DNA of 64,000 nucleotides from a virus: positions 1-64,000 of the IMG/VR virus record IMGVR_UViG_3300035698_012970; one strand, given 5' to 3'. The notes under the pieces were generated by a model. The model saw only the letters and a list, made by a program, of their open reading frames with translations. It was not told the origin of the DNA and searched no databases. This document shows, piece by piece, positions 1-8,954 of this stretch (the first letter of the stretch is position 1; each line of letters starts with the position of its first letter). A program made the position numbers and the translations under genes.

Positions 1-648
1 CCCTTTGCGTCCATAAGCTTCAGGTAAAATTAAGTTAAACACCCATTCTTGATTCTTTACATATGCAAAATTATCAAAATAAACTTCACCTAAGCCATAC
101 GCAGGAGGATTACTTGTAGCATGTAATCTCAGGTTATTACCAGCATCACTACCAATCCTATTTTTAGTCCACTTTACAACTCCGTGTTTCATAAAGAATG
201 GAAGACTTAGATATATTGCTTTTAGTCTTTCAATTTTATTTCTACCATCATTAAGTGTGTTGGAGAAAAGTGTAATAGCTCTATCTTGCTTAAATGTGAA
301 GCTATGTAGCATTAGTAAATTCAGCATCAAAGTACTACCAACTTGTCTAGCTGTCATGTTAATAGAAAACCTATTATCATACATTTTCTGAAACATTTCT
401 TTTTGTACCTTATGGAGCTTTATAGGACCATCAGTTCCTGGAAGTTTACAGTAATTTTCTATGAAATATATTGGGTTATCTCTACAGATTAAATATTCGG
501 TAGATTCTATACCCGTGAATTCAAAAAGTAGGTTTTTATTTCTTACCCCTATATTTCCTCTATACCATAATTTTTCCCATTTTTTACTGGAAATTCCTTT
601 ATTATATTGGACTTCTAGTTCTTCGACTATCTTAGTTGTGTATATCAT
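1..648 (-). CDS. Terminase large subunit-like ATPase paralog, N-terminal part (runs off window), degenerate Walker motifs
   Basis: Missing from the ORF track; translated by hand from ATG at 648: ...CRDNPIYFIENYCKL..GPIKLHKVQKEM..NRFSINMTARQVGSTL...GEVYFDNFAY. Resembles the T4 gp17-type ATPase (RQxGKT / DExAF) with K->S and E->N. Confidence 0.75.
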   Translation of the reverse strand, partial: MIYTTKIVEELEVQYNKGISSKKWEKLWYRGNIGVRNKNLLFEFTGIESTEYLICRDNPIYFIENYCKLPGTDGPIKLHKVQKEMFQKMYDNRFSINMTARQVGSTLMLNLLMLHSFTFKQDRAITLFSNTLNDGRNKIERLKAIYLSLPFFMKHGVVKWTKNRIGSDAGNNLRLHATSNPPAYGLGEVYFDNFAYVKNQEWVFNLILPEAYGRKG

Positions 649-650
649 AA

Positions 651-1748
651 TTAATTACTTAAAGGTATTTTTATTGCTGGATGAGATTTGTAATTTTTCA
701 ATATAATATCATTAATACTAGAGCAGTGTATTCCATTTTGTACTTTTACTGTAGGTAATTCATAAGGTTTTCTAGTCAGTTGTTCTTTGATACCACCTAA
801 TTGGTTTACATAAATGTGAGTGTCCCCAGTATTTATTATAAGTTCATCAGGTATCATATTTACTTCACCACCAAGCATTACTAATAAAAGCCCATATGAT
901 GCAATATTAAATGGCAAACCCAAAGGAACATCGCTAGAACGGATGTTCGCGAGAAGAGAAATTACTTTCTTGGAAACATCCCATTGATCAATTTCACTGT
1001 GACTTAATGATTCTGGTCCACCTCCATTGTATATTTCATTGAACATTTCCTGGGTTATTAGAGTTCTTCTCTCTTTGAGTGTAAGATCCCTAGTCCAAAC
1101 TTGGAAGCCATAATGACAGGGTGGTAATTTCATTTCACCAATCTCTGCTACATTCCAGGCAGAAACCATCATGCGTCTATCATCAGGGTTTGATTTAAGT
1201 TTATCAATTAACTCTTGGATTTGATCGATTGATTCTCTCCCTACTATAGCAGATTCTTCAATTTTCTTAGTTTTTGAAGAATAATGTTGACCTATTTTAT
1301 TGTATTTTTCCCAATTTCTCCATTGCTTACCGTAAATAGGACCCATTTCTCCCCACTGTTTAGCAAATCCATCATCACTTATGATTTTATCAATGAATTC
1401 TTCTTTAGATAGTCGTCTAAATGTGTGTTTTTCTCCTTCTACCTCGATGTTATATTCTGGATGCTTTTGTATGAAATATTTATAAGCATCACCAACCCAA
1501 ATATAATTACCATCTTCAATTAGGGATTTTATATTAGTTTCGCCTCTTAAGAACCATAAAAGTTCAGTAACTATACCATGAAAATACATTTTTTTCGTAG
1601 TTAATAAAGGAAATCCTTCTGACATATTATGTCTAATCACCCTACCAAAAACAGAAATAGTATCAATTCCAGTCCGGTTAGATTTTCTAGTTCCATTTTT
1701 AATAATATCTTTTAATAGATCCTGATATTTTTTATCTAAATTATTCAT
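651..1748 (-). CDS. thyA: Thymidylate synthase
   Basis: RTGIDT, FPLLTTKK, ELLWFLRG, GPIYGKQWR, LPPCH, RSSDVPLGLPFNIASY (Asn = dUMP specificity), GDTHIY. Start at 1748 (MNNLDKKY) preferred over 1772, which overlaps the upstream gene. Confidence 0.95.
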   Translation of the reverse strand: MNNLDKKYQDLLKDIIKNGTRKSNRTGIDTISVFGRVIRHNMSEGFPLLTTKKMYFHGIVTELLWFLRGETNIKSLIEDGNYIWVGDAYKYFIQKHPEYNIEVEGEKHTFRRLSKEEFIDKIISDDGFAKQWGEMGPIYGKQWRNWEKYNKIGQHYSSKTKKIEESAIVGRESIDQIQELIDKLKSNPDDRRMMVSAWNVAEIGEMKLPPCHYGFQVWTRDLTLKERRTLITQEMFNEIYNGGGPESLSHSEIDQWDVSKKVISLLANIRSSDVPLGLPFNIASYGLLLVMLGGEVNMIPDELIINTGDTHIYVNQLGGIKEQLTRKPYELPTVKVQNGIHCSSINDIILKNYKSHPAIKIPLSN

Positions 1749-1749
1749 C

Positions 1750-2538
1750 TTATTGTTTTTTAGTTCTCTCACAATACCAACCTTTCCATTTATTAGTTTT
1801 TTTACATAATGTTTGGAAACTTATTTTTTCTTTTATACAAAACTCTTTAGCTTCTTTTTGACCTGTTGCTTCATACACAAAAACCAAATCCTTATAGAAT
1901 CTAAATTTAGCTCTTGGTTTAATATCCATTGATTTACCCAATTTAGCTTTGCTTATCATATCTTTTGTTTCTTTAGAGTGGGTTTTTCCGTACATCGGAT
2001 TATTTTCTCCTGTTACCTTTCCTCCTCCTATTAACGATTTTCTCTGTGCATCTACTTGAGCTTTCGGTTTCTTAATACTTTTTTGAGCTTTACTAATTTT
2101 CTTATTCCTTTCCTTTAGTTTGTTTTCGTTTTTTCTTAAGTTTTCCCAATCTTTTTTTGCCCTTATTGAAAATGAAACGAACCTTTTCTTTTTTTCTTCG
2201 GGCGATAAATTCTCTAAATTCTTCTTTTTATTTCTGAGTATCAACTCTTTATCCGGATGGTTTGAAATAGTATCCCCTCCTTCCCCACCAGAAGTAATAT
2301 TATACCCAAATTTCCGATTTGTTGAATCATAATAAGAAATCCAAAATTTTTCTCGTTCATTCAACATTTCTTTAGAATCACATTCTTCCAGTAATTCTTT
2401 AGTAAAATTGACAACCCCATATTTTTTAATAGCTTGTTTAATTATTTTACCAGAGCCTAAATATTTTGGGTCGTTATTAGAATCCTGTCCAATATAAACT
2501 TTATTGTTTATTTGATTAATAATTTTATATACAATCAT
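1750..2538 (-). CDS. Free-standing GIY-YIG homing endonuclease with NUMOD3 motif
   Basis: IVYKI..N..NNKVYIGQ, YLGSG, EKFWI, GYNITSGG, GENNPMYGKTHSKETK. Confidence 0.9.
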   Translation of the reverse strand: MIVYKIINQINNKVYIGQDSNNDPKYLGSGKIIKQAIKKYGVVNFTKELLEECDSKEMLNEREKFWISYYDSTNRKFGYNITSGGEGGDTISNHPDKELILRNKKKNLENLSPEEKKKRFVSFSIRAKKDWENLRKNENKLKERNKKISKAQKSIKKPKAQVDAQRKSLIGGGKVTGENNPMYGKTHSKETKDMISKAKLGKSMDIKPRAKFRFYKDLVFVYEATGQKEAKEFCIKEKISFQTLCKKTNKWKGWYCERTKKQ

Positions 2539-2557
2539 TGTTTTAAAATGTTTATTA

Positions 2558-2565
2558 TATATATC
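2558..2565 (-). promoter_or_regulatory. GATATATA putative late-promoter motif
   Basis: Exact motif shortly upstream of starts here and at 12399, 33671(+), 51394, 56562, 60498, 61008, 63260; analogous to the T4 late promoter TATAAATA. Confidence 0.6.
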
Positions 2566-2604
2566 AGTTAAGAACCAAAAAACATCGGTTACAATGGGTA
2601 AAGT

Positions 2605-2901
2605 TTATCCAACATCTTTATCCCCAATCTTTAATAAATCATCAAGAGTTTTCTGGTTACGTTCTAATACCTCTTTAGCGTTCCCATATTCTTCTTCTGA
2701 TACAAGTTTAGGATTTATACATTCAACTCTCGAATCACCATTTTTTATTGGCATTATAAATGTTAATATCGGTTCATTTTCTGCATCTTTCTCTAGCATC
2801 TTAGCTATGCTATTCAAACCTTCTTGTGCTCGTTGCCTTGATAATCCACCTATGTCGATATAGAATATTAATATTATCTTGTCCATTATTATCTTGTCCA
2901 T
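2605..2901 (-). CDS. Hypothetical protein
   Basis: Tiles the minus-strand gene array. Confidence 0.7.
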   Translation of the reverse strand: MDKIIMDKIILIFYIDIGGLSRQRAQEGLNSIAKMLEKDAENEPILTFIMPIKNGDSRVECINPKLVSEEEYGNAKEVLERNQKTLDDLLKIGDKDVG

Positions 2902-3137
2902 TATTTAAAATTTCTTAATTTATTATACTCTTCTGGGGATAGGATTATTTCACTATTATGAATATTTCTACCTTTTAGAACCTTCCAGATGGTTTTTATT
3001 TTTTTAAACCAACTACAATCCTCGTATGAATTATAAAAAGTAACATAATACTCTTCACCCTCACCATCGAACCTGTCTACTGACATCGCCGAGCAATTAT
3101 CACCACATTTTACTAGCACTTCTGTTCTCTTCGTCAT
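2901..3137 (-). CDS. Hypothetical protein
   Basis: Start/stop overlap with neighbour. Confidence 0.7.
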   Translation of the reverse strand: MTKRTEVLVKCGDNCSAMSVDRFDGEGEEYYVTFYNSYEDCSWFKKIKTIWKVLKGRNIHNSEIILSPEEYNKLRNFK

Positions 3138-3164
3138 TTATTTCTATTATTTTCCATCATTACT

Positions 3165-4124
3165 TTATTCAGTTTTACCAAATCCAATTGGCTTAATTTT
3201 GCCTTTAATTTTAGCTTTTATTTTCATACCATTTAGTCTATTTAGACTATCCTCAAAAGTGTTACCTAATGCGAATACTGATATTATTAATTCCTTGATG
3301 TGTGCAAGAGACATTCCCTCAGTACGTTTGATCCATTCAGCAAGTTCTATACTTTTTAGATCTGGTTTTGTTAGTTTGTTTCTAATATAAGCTTCTCTAA
3401 CCTCATTTTCTGGATTTCCAATTTCATATCTCCTATCAAATCTTGAAGGCCTATTAGAAATTCTTTCTTCTAATTTTTCTGGATAGTTAGTAGTTGCAAG
3501 ATAAACAATATTATCAATTTGTTTTACCCCATCTAATAAATTAAGAAGTAATGATGCTGACCAGCTACCCTCGTTAACAATAGCATCAATATCCTCTAAT
3601 ATAACGATTAAAGGCCTATCTCTTTCTATTGATCGCAATGGGCCGATTAAATTGTTATAATCGTTTATAGAATCCCCACTGGTAATATTAATAACAATTC
3701 CTTGTTTTTCTTTTATTAAATGGTTAGTGCAGAGCTGTATAATACCTGATTTACCATTACCTGGACTTCCATACATTAAAATACCTCTTTTATGTAAGAA
3801 TCCATATCCTGTATAAGTAGCTTTTCTTTCCCAGAATTTTTCAATATCATCTATAAGGTCCATTAACTCGGGGCTAGGAAGCTGATATAATTCGTCAGTG
3901 TTAACTTCCTTTTTTTCTAAGTGTACTCCTATGTTTGGTTCATTCTTTGTTTCATAAAATCCAGGTGGGATTTTGGTAATGGTTGGCATTGTAGGAATAT
4001 ACTTATTTGCTCCGTGAACTGACCATTGATTATGTCCATTATTCACTTCATCAATTTTTGTTGTAGAACTATCATCTACTAACGTTGGGCTACTTTCAGT
4101 AACCTCAGGTTCATTGTATTGCAT
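3165..4124 (-). CDS. AAA+ ATPase
   Basis: RGILMYGSPGNGKS Walker A, VILEDID Walker B, ATTNYPE, RPSRFD arginine finger. Confidence 0.9.
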   Translation of the reverse strand: MQYNEPEVTESSPTLVDDSSTTKIDEVNNGHNQWSVHGANKYIPTMPTITKIPPGFYETKNEPNIGVHLEKKEVNTDELYQLPSPELMDLIDDIEKFWERKATYTGYGFLHKRGILMYGSPGNGKSGIIQLCTNHLIKEKQGIVINITSGDSINDYNNLIGPLRSIERDRPLIVILEDIDAIVNEGSWSASLLLNLLDGVKQIDNIVYLATTNYPEKLEERISNRPSRFDRRYEIGNPENEVREAYIRNKLTKPDLKSIELAEWIKRTEGMSLAHIKELIISVFALGNTFEDSLNRLNGMKIKAKIKGKIKPIGFGKTE

Positions 4125-4193
4125 ATTATTTTTTCTTTAAATTCTATCCCCGGTATAAATTTTGTGAAAGTCCAGTTCTCTTCAATATATCTT

Positions 4194-4604
4194 TTACCAC
4201 ATTTTACTAGCTTTATTTTCTTCATCTAGCTTTATTGTTACTTCATTTCCATTCTCGCCATATCTAATGACATGCAATTCCCTATTTTGGATAGCTGCGC
4301 TAATGTTTATCATATGAACAGTTCCTTTACTTTCACCATCCCAAAAAACTATTGTACCGTCACTGTTCTTACTCATTTCGACATTTCTTCTATACCCAGC
4401 TGATTTACCAAACTTATCCCAGTCTGCTGGAAATTTTGCAACTGGTATATTATTTTCATTTGCCCATCTTTCACCAAGTGAATCTGCTCCCCTTGCACCA
4501 CCGCATACAACTTCAGTTACTCTATCGAGTATTAATTCATCACATGATTTTTTTAAAAGGGCATAATTATTAAAATCTCTTCCACCTGCTATTATAAATT
4601 TCAT
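4194..4604 (-). CDS. SLOG-family (DUF2493/YspA-like) protein
   Basis: IIAGGRDF, GGARGAD, ADWDKFGKSAGYRRN, FWDGESKGT. Confidence 0.85.
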   Translation of the reverse strand: MKFIIAGGRDFNNYALLKKSCDELILDRVTEVVCGGARGADSLGERWANENNIPVAKFPADWDKFGKSAGYRRNVEMSKNSDGTIVFWDGESKGTVHMINISAAIQNRELHVIRYGENGNEVTIKLDEENKASKMW

Positions 4605-4616
4605 ATTGTTTTATTA

Positions 4617-4940
4617 TTATTTAGTTTCGTTAAAGTGTTCACGTAATATATTTGCCAGCATATATTGAATCATATCAGCATCAACTGCAATAGGTAACCG
4701 TCGTACAATAACTCCATTCAGTCGATCTATTCGTAAATATAACATTCGATCCTTAACTGCAGGATCTACTAGCATTGCTTTTCTAAGTGTATCATTAAAA
4801 TGTTCTCTTGTTGGGGCAAGCAAATAAAATTTTTCTTTGTAGTTTGCGATTCCACTAATCAATAGAGTTGTGTTCCCAACTTTTCTTAATTCTCCTAAAT
4901 GACCCAAAAGCATTTGGGCTCTGTTAATTTCCCTTCCCAT
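4617..4940 (-). CDS. Hypothetical protein
   Basis: Tiles array. Confidence 0.65.
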   Translation of the reverse strand: MGREINRAQMLLGHLGELRKVGNTTLLISGIANYKEKFYLLAPTREHFNDTLRKAMLVDPAVKDRMLYLRIDRLNGVIVRRLPIAVDADMIQYMLANILREHFNETK

Positions 4941-4953
4941 ATTATATCTAAAT

Positions 4954-5655
4954 TTATCTAAACCAATTTATCATACCGTCCCAAAGTGCATCACCATGGC
5001 CGATTTTTCCATAATCTTTCCATTCTTCATCGTCCATTTTATCCATTTCAAGATCTTCCTTATGTATATCACTCATATCATCTAATAGTACAGGATTTTT
5101 TCTCTTTTGTAGTAATTCCCACCACTCATCTTTTTCGATTTTTTCATAATCAGGAATTATACTAATTTCACCAGGATATGAGCTAGGTTCAACCATTGCA
5201 GGTAAACCATAATAGTAAATCTTTCTTCCTTTCATCTCTTCCGGATTTAGAAAGTTATATGGGTGTTCTGTAAGTTCTATAATTAATGATTGAGCTTTAC
5301 TCATAGCATAAGCTATATTATGACTACCAAAGGAATATACCTCTTTACCATTAGCTTTTATTATACATCTACCTGTACTAGTTATCTGCCAATCATTCCA
5401 TTTATATTTAGAACGATTTCCTTGCTTGTAATCAATTTCCCAGCATGGTCTATTAATCAGTACATCAACATATGGTATCAATTCGCCAGAAAAATCAAGC
5501 CACCATGTTGTTGGTGTGCCGTTCATTTCACCAAGCTTATGTTTATAATTCTCAATGTTCCATACCTGACATAGTTTATTATCAACCATAATCTCAAATG
5601 CCTTTCTGCATTTATGGGTTTTCTGCATTTGTTCTATTGTGATACTATCTTTCAT
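4954..5655 (-). CDS. Hypothetical protein
   Basis: 233-aa ORF tiling array. Confidence 0.75.
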   Translation of the reverse strand: MKDSITIEQMQKTHKCRKAFEIMVDNKLCQVWNIENYKHKLGEMNGTPTTWWLDFSGELIPYVDVLINRPCWEIDYKQGNRSKYKWNDWQITSTGRCIIKANGKEVYSFGSHNIAYAMSKAQSLIIELTEHPYNFLNPEEMKGRKIYYYGLPAMVEPSSYPGEISIIPDYEKIEKDEWWELLQKRKNPVLLDDMSDIHKEDLEMDKMDDEEWKDYGKIGHGDALWDGMINWFR

Positions 5656-5657
5656 AT

Positions 5658-5972
5658 TTAATCTTTAAAAAGCTTACCATACACTGCTTCAAATTCTTCA
5701 AATGTACAATCTGCAATAAGTTTATCTTTATAACCTAAAAAACACCATTCACTTTCCTTTACCATATCATCAGGATCCTTATATTTAGTATAGCTTAATA
5801 ATTGATATACTCCAGTTTTACCACTCTCCATCGTAGTTTCCCAGATTTGTCCAACTGGATCATGGAATAGTAAACCTAAAGTGATATAATACCCTGAACC
5901 TCTTTTGATATTCGCCTCGAGTTTACCGTCTAATCTATCCCTGTAAATCTTCTTCAGTTCTTTTGTTTTCAT
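5658..5972 (-). CDS. Hypothetical protein
   Basis: Tiles array. Confidence 0.7.
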   Translation of the reverse strand: MKTKELKKIYRDRLDGKLEANIKRGSGYYITLGLLFHDPVGQIWETTMESGKTGVYQLLSYTKYKDPDDMVKESEWCFLGYKDKLIADCTFEEFEAVYGKLFKD

Positions 5973-6159
5973 TTCTTATCCTCCATTTATCATACCATAT
6001 ACCGATTTGAACTAACAATAATCCAAAGAAACCTAAGTCAACATATGTCATACTATCATACATAGCACCAAATATTATAGATATAATACTTATTAACATA
6101 ATTACAAGTACTATCCAACCAAATATAGTTACTTTATCTTTATTCTTCAGCTTTATCAT
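5935..6159 (-). CDS. Small membrane protein (2 TM)
   Basis: Two hydrophobic segments. Confidence 0.65.
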   Translation of the reverse strand: MIKLKNKDKVTIFGWIVLVIMLISIISIIFGAMYDSMTYVDLGFFGLLLVQIGIWYDKWRIRNENKRTEEDLQG

Positions 6160-6406
6160 CTTTCTCGATTTTAGTATAATTATTAAATAGTGAAGTAAAC
6201 CATATTACAGCTATTAGAATAGATATAGCTAATCCAGGAATACCTCCTATTCCTTTCCAGTAATAGATACCAGATTCACTATTAATTATACTAAGATTAA
6301 CTACTAATGCTAATATAAATGATATTATCGTACTAAGTGTAAATCTAAGAAGTGAGATTTCATAAATAGTACCAAAAGCAGTTGTAAGTTGGATTACTCT
6401 TTTCAT
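6140..6406 (-). CDS. Small membrane protein (2 TM)
   Basis: Two hydrophobic segments. Confidence 0.65.
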   Translation of the reverse strand: MKRVIQLTTAFGTIYEISLLRFTLSTIISFILALVVNLSIINSESGIYYWKGIGGIPGLAISILIAVIWFTSLFNNYTKIEKDDKAEE

Positions 6407-6479
6407 AAAACATATTTTATGTTTTAAGTGAAGAATGTATGTTTTGTTTCGTTTCGTTTAAATGAGGTTTTTGGCTGGT

Positions 6480-7304
6480 TTACCAAGATTCTAGTGATTT
6501 GTAGTACGTATCACTATCAACAAAAGGGAATAGATTTGCATGTTCTCTAATACGAAATGTCATATCCTTAACCATATTTTTATGATCAGAATGGCTTACG
6601 TATTCTCTGGAGACCATTGGCCAGATAGTATAATTTATTATTGCTGTATCTCTACTGGTGATAAAGTGATCGAAATCTAACTTATCATCTTTTCTTAAAT
6701 GTAAATTATCTATTATTTTATTCATTATAGTCTTGTTATACATCGCAAAATTTAAAGTTGATCCTATATTAGATGGCCTTGCGATATGCTCGTTAAGAAG
6801 CTCTATTGAGCCGAAGAAGTAATGATTACCAATCAATACATCCCATTCTTTTGGTAGTACATCGAATGCTTTTTTAATTTTATCCAAAGCACCATCAGCA
6901 AGATAAGCATCATCTTCCATTATGATAACTGTGTCATTTGTTAAAAACGCTTCATTCAGGCAATCCATATAGCTGTTGAAGATAGCTAATTTAACATCAG
7001 AACCCTCTATTGCAGAAAACCTTTCGACATCAAACAAATCAAACAGATCTTTGTTACGTTTTTGGAATTCTATCCACCTATCTTCTCTACTATCCAGATT
7101 TATAACCTTGATTGTAGTTGGAAACTTACTTGTGTTCCCTGACTTTATTATATTTTCGGTTTTTCTATCTATTATACGAGATAGATCCGCTTGTTTATTA
7201 TTTTTAGATAATAATCTAAAAGTTCCTGGTCCTATGTTACTTGCAAGTGGGTTATCCATATTATTGTTCGTTCCAATCAGGGTCTTCCCATCTTTCATTA
7301 CCAT
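6480..7304 (-). CDS. Glycosyltransferase family 25-like
   Basis: VINLDSREDRW, ERFSAIEG, IIMEDDA motifs. Confidence 0.8.
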   Translation of the reverse strand: MVMKDGKTLIGTNNNMDNPLASNIGPGTFRLLSKNNKQADLSRIIDRKTENIIKSGNTSKFPTTIKVINLDSREDRWIEFQKRNKDLFDLFDVERFSAIEGSDVKLAIFNSYMDCLNEAFLTNDTVIIMEDDAYLADGALDKIKKAFDVLPKEWDVLIGNHYFFGSIELLNEHIARPSNIGSTLNFAMYNKTIMNKIIDNLHLRKDDKLDFDHFITSRDTAIINYTIWPMVSREYVSHSDHKNMVKDMTFRIREHANLFPFVDSDTYYKSLESW

Positions 7305-7752
7305 CTTCTAGATAGGTATCATTCTCGTCAAATGCTAATTCCCATTCATATCCTTCCTTGATCCACGTTTTTGAGTGGAATGGAAATTCTATTTCATACT
7401 TAAATCTAGAACGACTTTCGAATCCACCATCGACAATCTCTTCTAGTTCTTTTATGATCTCAAGAAATATCTCAGGATCCTCTTGGTCATGCAATTCGTT
7501 TTCAAAATAAATAACTATTTTCCCGTTAGGCGATTTACTATATTCAATCGATTCTGAAATTAATTCTAATATTTCTGAATTAAAATCCAAATCTAATATC
7601 TCCTTAGCTATAGTGTTTGATCCTATATCAAAATCTTTATTTGAAGTTAAATCTAGGTAATAAAGATAACTTTCTCCCATTTTTGTTTCTGTATTATTTT
7701 GCATATATAACTCCATTAAAAAATTGATTTTCGACTTATAAATCGGGTACAA
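7261..7752 (-). CDS. Acidic hypothetical protein (true start probably downstream of 7752)
   Basis: Tiles array; the 5' end overlaps rnhB. Confidence 0.65.
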   Translation of the reverse strand: MYPIYKSKINFLMELYMQNNTETKMGESYLYYLDLTSNKDFDIGSNTIAKEILDLDFNSEILELISESIEYSKSPNGKIVIYFENELHDQEDPEIFLEIIKELEEIVDGGFESRSRFKYEIEFPFHSKTWIKEGYEWELAFDENDTYLEDGNERWEDPDWNEQ

Positions 7753-8291
7753 AAAGTTTTTCTGTGATGTTGTGTTATTCCCGTTTCTCTAATAGCATCA
7801 ATATGTGCTTTTGTTCCATAGCCAAAATTTGATTCCCACAGGTACTGGGGGTGTTCTTTACTTAACTCTGTCATCATCTTATCTCGCGTAACCTTAGCAA
7901 CAATTGATGCTGCTGAAATTGATAGGACCTTATCGTCACCTTTAATTATACATTCGTATGGGATATGCCTGAATCCTGGGAATTGGTTACCATCAACCAT
8001 TAGTTTAGTTGGAGTAATTGGTAGATCAGCTATTGCCATTCGCATAGAAACGAATGTAGCTTTTAATATATTAATTCTATCAATTTCTTCAGGTCCAACT
8101 ATTCCTATACCAATTGAGATAGCATTTTCCAAGATTATCTTGTGAGCTGCTTCTCTTTTCTTTTTACTTAGTTTTTTACTATCCCGGATTAATGGATCAG
8201 TAAATTCATCGGGTAATATCACTGCTGCTGAAACTACCCAACCAGCAAGACATCCTCTTCCAACTTCATCTATTCCTGCAACATATTCCAT
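7716..8291 (-). CDS. rnhB: Ribonuclease HII
   Basis: AGIDEVGRG, DSKKLS, VDGN, KGD, SAASIVAKVTRD, GYGT..H. Confidence 0.95.
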   Translation of the reverse strand: MEYVAGIDEVGRGCLAGWVVSAAVILPDEFTDPLIRDSKKLSKKKREAAHKIILENAISIGIGIVGPEEIDRINILKATFVSMRMAIADLPITPTKLMVDGNQFPGFRHIPYECIIKGDDKVLSISAASIVAKVTRDKMMTELSKEHPQYLWESNFGYGTKAHIDAIRETGITQHHRKTFCTRFISRKSIF

Positions 8292-8554
8292 TAAACTGCT
8301 TTCTCAACATTATTCAAATTCCACACTCTTACTAATCTATCATATTCCTCATCAGGGATAAATCCTTTTAATGGAATCCATCCGCCAACACATGACTCGC
8401 CAGTAATACCTCTTGTCCTGCTATCGTAAACCCAGCAAAAATCATGCTCTTCATCAACTACATCTACAAGTCTTACAATATCATCCCAAGCACCTATAAC
8501 TAAGGTATTTCTATAAGGTTCTAATTCTTCTTTTAAACTTTTTAATGTTGTCAT
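8291..8554 (-). CDS. Hypothetical protein
   Basis: Tiles array. Confidence 0.7.
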   Translation of the reverse strand: MTTLKSLKEELEPYRNTLVIGAWDDIVRLVDVVDEEHDFCWVYDSRTRGITGESCVGGWIPLKGFIPDEEYDRLVRVWNLNNVEKAV

Positions 8555-8555
8555 T

Positions 8556-8951
8556 TTACCAATCTATTTCTATTGCTATACTCCAGTCAATTTTAGATAA
8601 AATATCCAATAAACTTTCCCGTACATCCTTAATACCATTATCAAACCATATAACCCCAATTTCCATAGATTTTTTATCATGAAGTTGAGTCATACATAAT
8701 CTTGTATTTAATACTTCAGGGTAATTTTCCTGATATGACTTAAAAATTTGATATGGGGTTTCAACATAACATAGTTTTTTAAATTTATCAATTGCATTTT
8801 CTATAAATGTTTCTTCCATTGATGCAACACGTTTAGGTGAAGATATAAATGTTCCACTATACGTATCTGATGAATGTAGAAAGGAAATATTTACGTCTTC
8901 TAAAATTCCTTGTGTTATGAAACACCCTGACCCTTTATTAATTGTTTTCAT
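8556..8951 (-). CDS. Hypothetical protein
   Basis: Tiles array. Confidence 0.7.
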   Translation of the reverse strand: MKTINKGSGCFITQGILEDVNISFLHSSDTYSGTFISSPKRVASMEETFIENAIDKFKKLCYVETPYQIFKSYQENYPEVLNTRLCMTQLHDKKSMEIGVIWFDNGIKDVRESLLDILSKIDWSIAIEIDW

Positions 8952-8954
8952 TTT

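Noticed and set aside
651-2538. Group I intron in thyA carrying the GIY-YIG gene (as in T4 td)
   Set aside because: ThyA is continuous with all its motifs, and the endonuclease lies entirely upstream of it.
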